Notes: generated by a model not told the origin, from the letters alone. A stretch of 32,057 bases of DNA from an uncultured bacterium (GCA_965363685.1 CBDTUP010000002.1:1-32057), one strand, 5' to 3'. Positions 15,729-23,839 are shown, counted from the stretch's first letter. Numbers and translations are program-made.

Positions 15729-15819
15729 TCGAAGATACCCCGTCGAAGTGACAAGAATCCGACATCCGAGAGCCTCTCGAGCCAACGGCCAAAGGCCAAT
15801 GGCCAATGGCCAATGGCCG
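15729..15819. repeat. Heptad tandem array filling the ahcY-comF spacer (13 units, 3 perfect)
   Basis: In phase: TCGAAGA TACCCCG TCGAAGT GACAAGA ATCCGAC ATCCGAG AGCCTCT CGAGCCA ACGGCCA AAGGCCA ATGGCCA ATGGCCA ATGGCCG. Confidence 0.85.
15732..15737 (-). promoter_or_regulatory. Candidate -10 box (TATCTT) for a leaderless comF
   Basis: On the minus strand TATCTT is followed by 6 nt (CGATTG) and then ATG 15725. There is no SD sequence. Confidence 0.35.
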
Positions 15820-15824
15820 CGAAG

Positions 15825-17072
15825 CTATGTCCCCTCTTGCCAGGAGGCCAGATAGGCCCTTTGCTCGTCGGTGAGTTCCTCTAGGCCCCCGCCCATAGTC
15901 GCGAGCTTGATGGAAGCCACCTCTTCGTCGAGTTCCTTAGGCAGGGTATAGATCTGCGGCGACAGGGTGCCGGCATTGCTGATGAGCCACTCGGCTGCCA
16001 TCGCCTGATTGGCGAACGACATGTCCATCACGTCTGCGGGATGGCCTTCCGCTGCTCCCAGGTTCACGAGACGACCTTCGGCTGCGACGAACAACGTGCG
16101 CCCGTCGGCAAGCTCGAACCCTTCGAGATTCTCACGGGCCGGACGCCTGGACACCGCCATACCGGCCAGTGCTTCGAGGTCGAGCTCAATGTCGAAGTGA
16201 CCCGCATTGGAGAGAATGACGCCGTCTTTCATCCGCTCGAAGTGGCGACCACGCAACACATGCTTGTTACCCGTCACCGTCACGAACACATCTCCAATCG
16301 ACGCAGCATCGTCGGCCGTGAGTACCTGATACCCGTCCATCGCAGCTTCGAGTGCGCGAATCGGATCGACCTCGACCACAACGACTTTGGCCCCAAATCC
16401 GTCGGACCTGTCGGCAACACCTCGCCCGCAGTCTCCGTAGCCAACGACGACGACCGTGGAGCCTGCCAGCAGGACATTGGAAGCTCGCAGAATTCCGTCA
16501 ATCGCGGACTGCCCCGTTCCATAGCGGTTGTCGAACAGGTGCTTGGTCGCGGAGTCATTTACAGCGACCACAGGCAACCGAAGCGTCCCATCTTCGGCCA
16601 TGGCCCGCAGCCGGATGACGCCCGTCGTTGTCTCTTCGGTGGATCCAACTGGATTCAGTTCAGTGCGGTCGGTGTGGAGGATCGTGGCCAGGTCTGCCCC
16701 ATCATCCATCGTCACATCGGGTTCTGCATCGAGCACCGCGTGGATATGGCTGTAGTAGCGGTCGGGATCCTCAGCCCTCACTGCGAACACCGGAATGCCG
16801 TCCTCGACGAGTGCCGCGGCAACGTCATCCTGTGTTGAGAGTGGATTGCTGGCACAAAGAAGAGGCTTCGCCCCGCCGTCGCGGAGGGCCAGCATCAGAT
16901 TGGCAGTCTCAGCCGTCACGTGGAGACAGGCAGCGACTGTCCTCCCCTCGAGGGGACGCTCAGCTCGGAAGCGCTCGCGCAAATTCTCCAGCACCGGCAT
17001 CCGCCGTCCTGCCCAGGCAATTCGCTGGGCTCCGATTTCGGCAAGTGCCGGATCGGCGATATCGAATTCCAT
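15825..17072 (-). CDS. ahcY: Adenosylhomocysteinase (short, about 415 aa type)
   Basis: It has SNPLSTQDDVAAAL and the NAD-binding GYGDCGRG motif. ATG 17072 is preceded by GAAGGAAAG. The alternative GTG 17087 overlaps the upstream stop as GTGA. Confidence 0.92.
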   Translation of the reverse strand: MEFDIADPALAEIGAQRIAWAGRRMPVLENLRERFRAERPLEGRTVAACLHVTAETANLMLALRDGGAKPLLCASNPLSTQDDVAAALVEDGIPVFAVRAEDPDRYYSHIHAVLDAEPDVTMDDGADLATILHTDRTELNPVGSTEETTTGVIRLRAMAEDGTLRLPVVAVNDSATKHLFDNRYGTGQSAIDGILRASNVLLAGSTVVVVGYGDCGRGVADRSDGFGAKVVVVEVDPIRALEAAMDGYQVLTADDAASIGDVFVTVTGNKHVLRGRHFERMKDGVILSNAGHFDIELDLEALAGMAVSRRPARENLEGFELADGRTLFVAAEGRLVNLGAAEGHPADVMDMSFANQAMAAEWLISNAGTLSPQIYTLPKELDEEVASIKLATMGGGLEELTDEQRAYLASWQEGT

Positions 17073-17083
17073 CGTTCTTTCCT

Positions 17084-18061
17084 TCACAATCGATTCTTCA
17101 GTTCAGTCAACACGTCGACAGGCCCAGGATCGATCCCGGCTGCCTCGGCAACGAGTACAGAGACGAGATCTCCAACCAGGCCCAAACTGGCGGCGCGGGC
17201 GAGCGGGGATGCGCCGGTCGACCACACCTCACCTCCGACGAACGATCCGTCTCCGAGAAGATCGGACGTTAGCGCGAAGCGATGAGAGATCTCAGGCCGT
17301 TCGCCCTTGTCCCGCAACATGACGATGCCCGAAGATTCTCCAACATCATGATGGGACGCAGCCCAGCCGACCAGTTCGTTGTGGTCGAGTTCGGGAATGG
17401 TCGACCAGTAGGCAGGTGTCTTTGCGTTCTCGTGCATTTGCTTTGCCCAACGCTGCGCGGCCACTTCCGCAGGTCCGCTCGAGCCCCAGATGACCGGCAG
17501 TCGTCCGGAGAGGTTGGCAGCGATCTCGCGCGCAAGGTTGCGCGTCTCCTCATCTGCCAGCATCTCTTCCATGAGGTCCGCCGCTTCCGCGAGCATCGTT
17601 TGCGTCTCAGAAAGCCCCGTGGAACGACCGACCAGCCGTAGCACCGCACCGACCAGATACCCGAGCGCTGCTCTCGGTTGCAGCCCCGACGGAACCACTA
17701 GTCGTGGAAGATCTCTGTTATCCGCGATTGCGATCGCCTCCCCGCCCGTCGAAATGACGGCAACTGGAAGCTCCAGGTCGATCGCCTCTCCTAGAGACGA
17801 GAGCGTCTCTGCCGTGTTCCCGGAGTAGGAAACTGCAATGACGAGTGGGCGCGCCGAGGCAGCCCATTTAGGCAGCCCATAGTCCTTGTGGATCCTCACA
17901 TCGACCTGCGTCTCGGCGACCGCAGCCTGGACGAAGTCGCCCGAGATTCCCGACCCACCCATCCCGCAAACAAGGATTGTGGAGGAAGGAGGTATCGCCG
18001 GGGTATCGAGGGTTGCAGCCCACCGGTACTGCAGTGGGAGGCTCTCGATCATCGACCACAT
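17084..18061 (-). CDS. SIS-domain bifunctional phosphoglucose/phosphomannose isomerase family protein
   Basis: It has the CGMGGSGISGD SIS motif and is 325 aa. It holds the conserved position between pmm and ahcY, and its start overlaps the pmm stop as TGATG. Confidence 0.75.
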   Translation of the reverse strand: MWSMIESLPLQYRWAATLDTPAIPPSSTILVCGMGGSGISGDFVQAAVAETQVDVRIHKDYGLPKWAASARPLVIAVSYSGNTAETLSSLGEAIDLELPVAVISTGGEAIAIADNRDLPRLVVPSGLQPRAALGYLVGAVLRLVGRSTGLSETQTMLAEAADLMEEMLADEETRNLAREIAANLSGRLPVIWGSSGPAEVAAQRWAKQMHENAKTPAYWSTIPELDHNELVGWAASHHDVGESSGIVMLRDKGERPEISHRFALTSDLLGDGSFVGGEVWSTGASPLARAASLGLVGDLVSVLVAEAAGIDPGPVDVLTELKNRL

Positions 18062-19575
18062 CAGCTCGATCTCTCAGCTTCTTCGATCAGCATCACAGGT
18101 ATGCCGTCTGTGACCGGGTAGCGAAGCCCACATTCGGTGCAATCGAGCTTCGAGTCGGCCGTATTCTCGGTCAACTCTCCATGACAACTCGGACAAACGA
18201 GGATGGCCATCAGTTCGGGAGCAACGAGGCCTACCGGAGCAGGGTCGCTGAGCGAACGGATCTCAGAAACGAGCGAGTCGACCGCGGCGCCATCCGGTCC
18301 TTCGGCGTTCAGCCGCAGCACCGGCTCTGTGTTGGAGGGGCGCAGATTGAGCCAGCGGTCCGGCCATTCGATGGTTAGCCCGTCGGTCTTGTCGATCGAT
18401 GCATCTGAATAGTGCTGCTCAACGGATTCCAGGACCGCCGCCTGATCGGAGACGCTGAGATTGATCTCGCCGGAAGCTGCGTACGGCTCAACCTCGTTGC
18501 GGAGTTCGGACAGCGAACGCCCCGATTCTGAGAGGATCTGCAGCAACACCAGCATGGCCAGCATGCCCGAGTCCGCCCTGTAGTTGTCGCGGAAGTAGTA
18601 GGGGCCGCTGTGTTCTCCCCCGAAGATCGCCCCCGTTTCCGCCATTATCTGTTTGATATATGAGTGTCCGACCCTGGTGCGGATCGGAGTACCTCCGGCC
18701 GCCGAAACCAGTTCAGGCACCGCGCGGCTGGTGATGAGGTTGTGCACGATCGTTGCCCCGGGTTCCCGAGCGAGAAACCACCTGGCAATCAGGGCGGTGG
18801 TTGTGCTCCCCGAGAGAGGTTTCCGCTGATCGTCGATAAAGAAGGCTCTGTCGGCGTCGCCGTCAAACGCTACTCCCAGATCCGCCTGCTGATCCTCCAT
18901 CAAGGCGATCAGGTCTACGAGATTCTCGGGGTTGAGGGGATCGGCGGGGTGGTTCGGGAAGGTTCCGTCTGGTTCGAGGTAGAGGGGGATGAGACTCGCC
19001 CGGATTCGAGAGAAGACCTCAGGCAGGACCACACCGGCCATTCCGTTGCCACCATCGACCGCAACTCGGAGTCCGGCGATGCCAGGACCGTCGACAATCG
19101 AGAACAAATGGTTGATGTAGTCGGCCGTCCCCTCGAACGCTGCGATGGAACCGACGGCCTCTGACGGTTGCAACCCGGCCTCGGCAATGGCACGGATGTC
19201 TTGAAGACCGGTATCGTGCCCGACCGGCGCCGCGCCCTCGCGGCAGAGCTTGATTCCGTTGTACTCGGGTGGATTATGCGAGGCAGTGATCATGGCACCC
19301 GGTACGTTCTCGCTGCCCGAGACGAAGTAGACGGTATCGGTGGCGACCTCTCCGAGATCGAGAACATCCACACCTTGTGCGGCGATCCCTTCCATGAACG
19401 CACCTGCTATCGACGGCGACGACTCTCGACAATCGCGCCCGACTGCAATCTTCCCGGCCCCGGCGAATTTGGCAAATGCTGCTCCGATGCGACCTGCTCC
19501 TTCAGCATCGAGTTCTCCTGTGTCGGTGCGGCCGCGAATGTCGTAGGCCTTGAAAATCTTCTCGTACTCGCTCAT
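18061..19575 (-). CDS. manB: Phosphomannomutase/phosphoglucomutase fused to a C-terminal Trm112-like zinc ribbon
   Basis: It has the TASHNP phosphoserine loop, FDGDADR Mg site and GGEHSG sugar loop. The last 52 aa read PELMAILVCPSCHGEL...LDCTECGLRYPVTDGIPVMLIEEA. ATG 19575 is preceded by GGAAAGGG. Confidence 0.88.
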   Translation of the reverse strand: MSEYEKIFKAYDIRGRTDTGELDAEGAGRIGAAFAKFAGAGKIAVGRDCRESSPSIAGAFMEGIAAQGVDVLDLGEVATDTVYFVSGSENVPGAMITASHNPPEYNGIKLCREGAAPVGHDTGLQDIRAIAEAGLQPSEAVGSIAAFEGTADYINHLFSIVDGPGIAGLRVAVDGGNGMAGVVLPEVFSRIRASLIPLYLEPDGTFPNHPADPLNPENLVDLIALMEDQQADLGVAFDGDADRAFFIDDQRKPLSGSTTTALIARWFLAREPGATIVHNLITSRAVPELVSAAGGTPIRTRVGHSYIKQIMAETGAIFGGEHSGPYYFRDNYRADSGMLAMLVLLQILSESGRSLSELRNEVEPYAASGEINLSVSDQAAVLESVEQHYSDASIDKTDGLTIEWPDRWLNLRPSNTEPVLRLNAEGPDGAAVDSLVSEIRSLSDPAPVGLVAPELMAILVCPSCHGELTENTADSKLDCTECGLRYPVTDGIPVMLIEEAERSS

Positions 19576-19600
19576 TGGACCCTTTCCGATCGCAATCCAG

Positions 19601-19606
19601 ATTGTA
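19601..19606 (-). promoter_or_regulatory. Candidate -10 box (TACAAT) of the pmm-SIS-ahcY operon
   Basis: On the minus strand TACAAT lies 25 nt upstream of ATG 19575, and the leader contains an SD sequence. It sits in the divergent 74-bp spacer. Confidence 0.35.
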
Positions 19607-19649
19607 AGGCGCATTTGCATGCCCCGGAACGCGTACACTTCGCTGGCTC

Positions 19650-20357
19650 ATGCGCCATATCTCGATCGTCATTCCCGTCCACAACGAGGCTTCGTTTCTC
19701 GAAGCTGCCTGTGATCAATTGCTCCCGGGTCTGGCGTCCATCGATGCTCAGGTTTCCGTTCTACTGGTAGAAAACGGATCCACCGACGAAACGCTGGCAA
19801 TCGCTAGACGCCTGCAACACCCGTCACTGTCGGTCATTTCACTGGCCGAGGCCGATTATGGAGCGGCAATGAGAGCCGGATTCACCGCGGCTGCAGACTC
19901 CGACTGGGTAGTCAACTTCGACATCGACTACTTCTCGGTTCCGTTCGTCGTCAACCTGTTGGATTCCGCCTCCGACGTGGTAATTGCCTCGAAACGGGCT
20001 CCGGGATCTGATGATCGACGATCCGTGTTGCGCCGGACCGGGACTCTTACGTTCAACATGCTCCTGCGTTTGCTGTTCGGCTCCCACGTCTCCGATACAC
20101 ATGGGATCAAGGGGTTCCGCGGTCAGGTTATCCGGGAGTTGGTTCCAAAGGTCATCAGGGACCAGGACCTCTTTGATACCGAGTTAGTGCTTCGGGCCGA
20201 GAAGGCCGGCTTCAGAATCACAGAGGTCCCGATCGTGGTCGAGGAACTTCGTGCCGCGCGCTCGTCATTCATCCGCAGGGTGCCGAGGACTGTCTCAGGA
20301 TTGATTCAGCTGCGCCGTTCCTTGTCAATGGAGCGCCGGAACACGAGGTCTCGATAG
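19650..20357 (+). CDS. Family-2 glycosyltransferase, polyprenyl-phosphate sugar synthase-like (GtrB/Ppm1-like)
   Basis: It has the ISIVIPVHNE start and the VENGSTDET motif. It is 235 aa, soluble and single-domain. Confidence 0.75.
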   Translation: MRHISIVIPVHNEASFLEAACDQLLPGLASIDAQVSVLLVENGSTDETLAIARRLQHPSLSVISLAEADYGAAMRAGFTAAADSDWVVNFDIDYFSVPFVVNLLDSASDVVIASKRAPGSDDRRSVLRRTGTLTFNMLLRLLFGSHVSDTHGIKGFRGQVIRELVPKVIRDQDLFDTELVLRAEKAGFRITEVPIVVEELRAARSSFIRRVPRTVSGLIQLRRSLSMERRNTRSR

Positions 20358-20764
20358 CCGGCGTACTTGGGAAAGAGAACGACGACGACCGCTGCGAACT
20401 TGGCGAGGTTGAGTTGCAGCACCGTCAACGGCCCCCAGAGCACCTGAGCGCCCTCGACGATGGCAAGCGTCGCCGCCAGCGCCAAGGTGTTCACCACATA
20501 GAAGGCCCCGGTTTCCCGCCCCGACCCCCAGGAGCCGTCGAGTTCGAACGTCCAACGCCGGTTCAGTATGTATGAGAAGGCAGTCGCGCCGATGTACGAG
20601 AGGCTGACCGCCACCGACGCCTCCCAACGCTCATCCGGAAGCACCAACAAGAGAATGTTGAAGATGCCGAAGTCGACGATCGTGTTGAAACCTCCGACCA
20701 ACCCCAACCGAATGAACTGCCTGAGCGACTCCTTCGTCATGAAAGTCTTCAGATACTGCTTCAT
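20306..20764 (-). CDS. GtrA-family membrane protein (putative polyprenyl-P-sugar flippase)
   Basis: It has FIRLGLVGGFNTIVDFGIFNILLL and 4 TM segments. ATG 20764 overlaps the upstream stop as ATGA. Its 3' end overlaps the convergent GT2 gene by 52 nt. Confidence 0.75.
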   Translation of the reverse strand: MKQYLKTFMTKESLRQFIRLGLVGGFNTIVDFGIFNILLLVLPDERWEASVAVSLSYIGATAFSYILNRRWTFELDGSWGSGRETGAFYVVNTLALAATLAIVEGAQVLWGPLTVLQLNLAKFAAVVVVLFPKYAGYRDLVFRRSIDKERRS

Positions 20765-23082
20765 GATCGTCGCAGCCGGCGCCAGGCAAACGGCAAGGTG
20801 ATCGCCAGTCCCAACAGAGTCAACACAATCCCGATCCACTCCGCCGGGAGACGACGAAAAGTCAAGTCCACTTGTTCCTGGGTTGGAACCACCACCATCA
20901 ATGATGGCGTAGCTCTGAAAGGACCTTCCGCTCCCTCAGCGATCCAGTTAGGGAAGTATGAGACCTTCACCAGGTGCGGCAACCCCACGGCGGAGGTCGT
21001 GAACGAGATAGTGTCGTTTGTGATCTCCACATTGGAAACTGGTTGGTGCTCGCCGAGCGGCACCAATGGCAAATCGTCGAGTCGCTCGATTCGCGGCCAA
21101 TCGGCCGGGCCATCCGTAGTCACCCACCTATCAAGCAACTCGATGTCCTCGTACCAGTCAAAGGCGAGATCACCAAAAGGCTCCCTGCGCTCTTCTCCCG
21201 TGACGATGGCGCGCGGAACTCCAAGGAATCTCGAAAAGAGGCTGCTGCCGCGACCGTCCTCGTACACGGCCGGTTGAAAAGCTGCTACCTCAACCAGATC
21301 GTATGCAGGCAGTTCAAAGACACGGAAAGGATCACTCGCCGCCACCTCCTTGAAGATCTCGGGTTTCGATGCAGTCTCGGCCAGGGCATCCTCACTGAAT
21401 GCGACGTAGTAGCGGACTCCATAAGTCTCCAGATGCTGAACGCCCCGATCGAAGTCGAAGGTGTGATACCGAAGTCCCGGGATCGGGTTGGACGGTTTCT
21501 TGCTCATCTCGGCCGCGTTCAAAAAATGGAACGGCGTTGTGAGCGAGGACTCGAAAAACAGTCCTTCCATCGATGGGTGTCCCTCGGACCAATATGGAAA
21601 CAGCATCAACGACATCGAGGTGCCGTATCGATCCAGATATTCGGAGTCGACCTCCCACTGAATCCGGCCGTCCGGAAGACCATCGATCGTCTCCATGAGC
21701 GATTGATACTCGGGCCAGGGTGCTTTGCCTTCGTATCCCGAGTAATTCCATCTCGCCCATCCGGAAAGGAAGGCGATGCCGAGTCCGCCGGCGGAAGCGA
21801 AACCAACCGATCCGGCAAGAACCAGGACTATCACCGTGCGCATCTCGAACGCGAAGACCATCGCTGTCAAGGCCGCCACCGCCAAGGCGCCGGCGACAAT
21901 CATCGCCGTTCCCGTATTGCCGGGTTTGCCGAGTGCTGCGACGCCCCCCATCAGCAACGCGACCACTACTAGACCGGTAATCGGTTTCCACACGGCAACC
22001 GATTTCGGAAGCCTCCTCGATGCCCCGACGGCCAGCATTCCCACTGCAATTCCGGCAAAGAAGGACAACCCGAAGAACCAGTACGGCAACAGCCTGCCGT
22101 TCCAGAGCTTCCAAGGATCGTCGGCGAAGGCGACCGGCAGCCAGTAGTAGATGAACGGCAGCAGGGTCAGCCCTACTACAGGGACTGCGCGAGCGGTCTT
22201 GCGCACAGCCATGACCATCCCGACGATCGCAAGTGCGAAGATCGGCCAGATCTCAATCGGGAACAACTCGTCCCATGTACTCAGAGGGGACCAGGCCATA
22301 TCGGCGGTCAGTCCGAAACGAGCGAGCAGGGGAAGTGCCCAGAAGCCCGCCACCGCGAACCCTGCCAACCATGTGAACACCACACGACCCGCTGCCCGCC
22401 GCCACACGAGCATGGTGAGGGTGGCAATCACGATCACAATCGTGGTGATGATGTGGCTGAGGGCGGTCAGACCGAGAACTAGTGCCGCCACCGGCAGGAG
22501 CGACGGATCGTCCCTCAATCCCCGGATGAGGAGTCCGAAGTAGACCAGCGACAGGGCGAATGACCACGAAAACGAGAACTCACCGGCGAGCGACGAGGCA
22601 ATGTTGGCGCCATAGATCGTGAAGCTCTCGATGAAAACGAAACTCCCACCGGCAGCGCCGGCTGTGGTCGCCACAGCTCTGCTCATGCCGATGGACCTGG
22701 CCAGGTAATAGGCAGCAGGTGGGGTTGCCAACAACCCCATCACGGTGACCATTTTGAAGGCCGCTCCATAGGGAATGAAGACGTCGAGTAGCACGATCAC
22801 GAGCGAAGGAAGAGGGAAGTAGAAATAGAAGATCGGGAAGCCGGCAAACCAACTGTTGCTCCATCCCAGGATGTTGCCCGAAGGCAACAGCTCGTCACGT
22901 AGGAAGGCCGGTCCCAGCACATGAGCGCCCATGTCACCCCCGGCGGGAGTGCTGGCGCTGAAGATGAGCTGAGGTTGCATCACGCCGAGGATCAGCAGGC
23001 TGACAATCCCCACTCCAACCAGAGGTACCCAACCGGGAATGGGATCAGACTGACGGCCGGGGGCGTGACTCGTTTGAGTCAT
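20761..23082 (-). CDS. Large polytopic membrane protein with a C-terminal extracytoplasmic domain, putative GT-C-type glycosyltransferase
   Basis: It is 773 aa with about 14 hydrophobic segments and then a soluble domain of about 300 aa. It has the early motifs GGDMGAH and GWSNSWFAGFP. The call rests partly on its context with GtrA and GT2. Confidence 0.5.
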   Translation of the reverse strand: MTQTSHAPGRQSDPIPGWVPLVGVGIVSLLILGVMQPQLIFSASTPAGGDMGAHVLGPAFLRDELLPSGNILGWSNSWFAGFPIFYFYFPLPSLVIVLLDVFIPYGAAFKMVTVMGLLATPPAAYYLARSIGMSRAVATTAGAAGGSFVFIESFTIYGANIASSLAGEFSFSWSFALSLVYFGLLIRGLRDDPSLLPVAALVLGLTALSHIITTIVIVIATLTMLVWRRAAGRVVFTWLAGFAVAGFWALPLLARFGLTADMAWSPLSTWDELFPIEIWPIFALAIVGMVMAVRKTARAVPVVGLTLLPFIYYWLPVAFADDPWKLWNGRLLPYWFFGLSFFAGIAVGMLAVGASRRLPKSVAVWKPITGLVVVALLMGGVAALGKPGNTGTAMIVAGALAVAALTAMVFAFEMRTVIVLVLAGSVGFASAGGLGIAFLSGWARWNYSGYEGKAPWPEYQSLMETIDGLPDGRIQWEVDSEYLDRYGTSMSLMLFPYWSEGHPSMEGLFFESSLTTPFHFLNAAEMSKKPSNPIPGLRYHTFDFDRGVQHLETYGVRYYVAFSEDALAETASKPEIFKEVAASDPFRVFELPAYDLVEVAAFQPAVYEDGRGSSLFSRFLGVPRAIVTGEERREPFGDLAFDWYEDIELLDRWVTTDGPADWPRIERLDDLPLVPLGEHQPVSNVEITNDTISFTTSAVGLPHLVKVSYFPNWIAEGAEGPFRATPSLMVVVPTQEQVDLTFRRLPAEWIGIVLTLLGLAITLPFAWRRLRRS

Positions 23083-23099
23083 CTAGAAGCCCAGTCCGC

Positions 23100-23276
23100 T
23101 CAGGTGGTGGGCTTGCGGGCGAGGTCCAAGACGTCGCGCAGATCGATCAACTCACCGTCACGGTCCCACCACTTCTCGTCACATTTGTGACATGAGAAGA
23201 AGTCAACTTCCGTACCATCGGGAAGCTTCTGATGAATCTCGATCACTTCGTCAACGGCACAGCGGGGACACTGCAT
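23100..23276 (-). CDS. Unlisted 58-aa zinc-ribbon protein
   Basis: My manual translation gives MQCPRCAVDEVIEIHQKLPDGTEVDFFSCHKCDEKWWDRDGELIDLRDVLDLARKPTT. It has two CxxC pairs, GAAGGAAGGA about 10 nt upstream of the ATG, and coding-like GC3. It falls below the 60-aa track cutoff. Confidence 0.6.
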   Translation of the reverse strand: MQCPRCAVDEVIEIHQKLPDGTEVDFFSCHKCDEKWWDRDGELIDLRDVLDLARKPTT

Positions 23277-23338
23277 GTCGGAGACGTCCTTCCTTCAACC
23301 CAAACGAAGCACAAGAATAGTCGCTGTCGCGAGAAAAC

Positions 23339-23608
23339 TCACCCCTCCTCGAGCAGCTTCCCCACATAGCGGCTCTTCCGCCGTCCACCTTCCGTCCAGT
23401 ACGCGTACCAATAGGGGCCATGTGGACAGCGTGTGCAGTTTCGTTTGCCGCATTTGACGGCCTGTTGACGCAACTTGACGTCGGCAGGGGCCTCGACGGA
23501 GAGGACTCCGGTACGTTCCAGATGTGCTGTCGCGAGAATCAACAGTCTTCTGAGTTCGTGCTCATCGAGGTCCCGAACAGCGTCGATGAGATCCCGATCT
23601 AGAGCCAC
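23339..23608 (-). CDS. Hypothetical 89-aa protein with a C-terminal Cys/His motif
   Basis: It has a helical N-terminus and then CGKRNCTRCPHGPYWYAYWTEGGRRKSRYVGK. The GTG start lies 6 nt after the DUF3499 stop. Confidence 0.55.
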   Translation of the reverse strand: MALDRDLIDAVRDLDEHELRRLLILATAHLERTGVLSVEAPADVKLRQQAVKCGKRNCTRCPHGPYWYAYWTEGGRRKSRYVGKLLEEG

Positions 23609-23614
23609 GACTGC

Positions 23615-23839
23615 TCAGGCGACCTCGAGCGGAGCGAAAAGGCGGGCGGCGGTCCGACGATCGGTGAGCGTCCAGCCGAGTGGAGGGGTCATCCGGTCGG
23701 AGTGCTGACCGCACATCATGTAGCCGGCACCGGGGGGCATTCCCTCCTGGATGTCATCCAGCCAGATAGCCCGCTCGCCGTAGTCGTAGGACATTATCGA
23801 CGCCGCAGGGGTTCCACATCGAGCACACGATCCAATCAT
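23615..23839 (-). CDS. DUF3499-family protein (Rv3258c-like)
   Basis: The pattern CARCG...Y...A...MCGQHSDRMTPPLGWTLTDRR matches the C-x2-C...C-x2-H...P-x-GW signature. I prefer ATG 23839, because the track extension to GTG 23893 is rich in rare low-GC3 codons. Confidence 0.65.
   Translation of the reverse strand: MIGSCARCGTPAASIMSYDYGERAIWLDDIQEGMPPGAGYMMCGQHSDRMTPPLGWTLTDRRTAARLFAPLEVA

Noticed and set aside
15750-15758. A shared roughly 15-mer, CGAAG(T/C)(G)ACAAGAAT, at 15744-15758 and about 23307-23321, both upstream of minus-strand starts
   Set aside because: There are only two copies, they differ by an indel, and they lie at different distances from the start codons (33 versus 42 nt). 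I cannot distinguish this from chance or from shared heptad ancestry without genome-wide counts.
15726-15806. N-terminal extension of comF (TTG start; MAIGLWPLAREALG...)
   Set aside because: The extension would translate the GGCCAAT heptad array. It is also in frame with, and only 6 codons from, the ahcY stop.
17073-17110. SAH or SAM riboswitch upstream of ahcY
   Set aside because: ahcY starts within or immediately after the preceding SIS gene, so there is no 5' UTR to hold a riboswitch.
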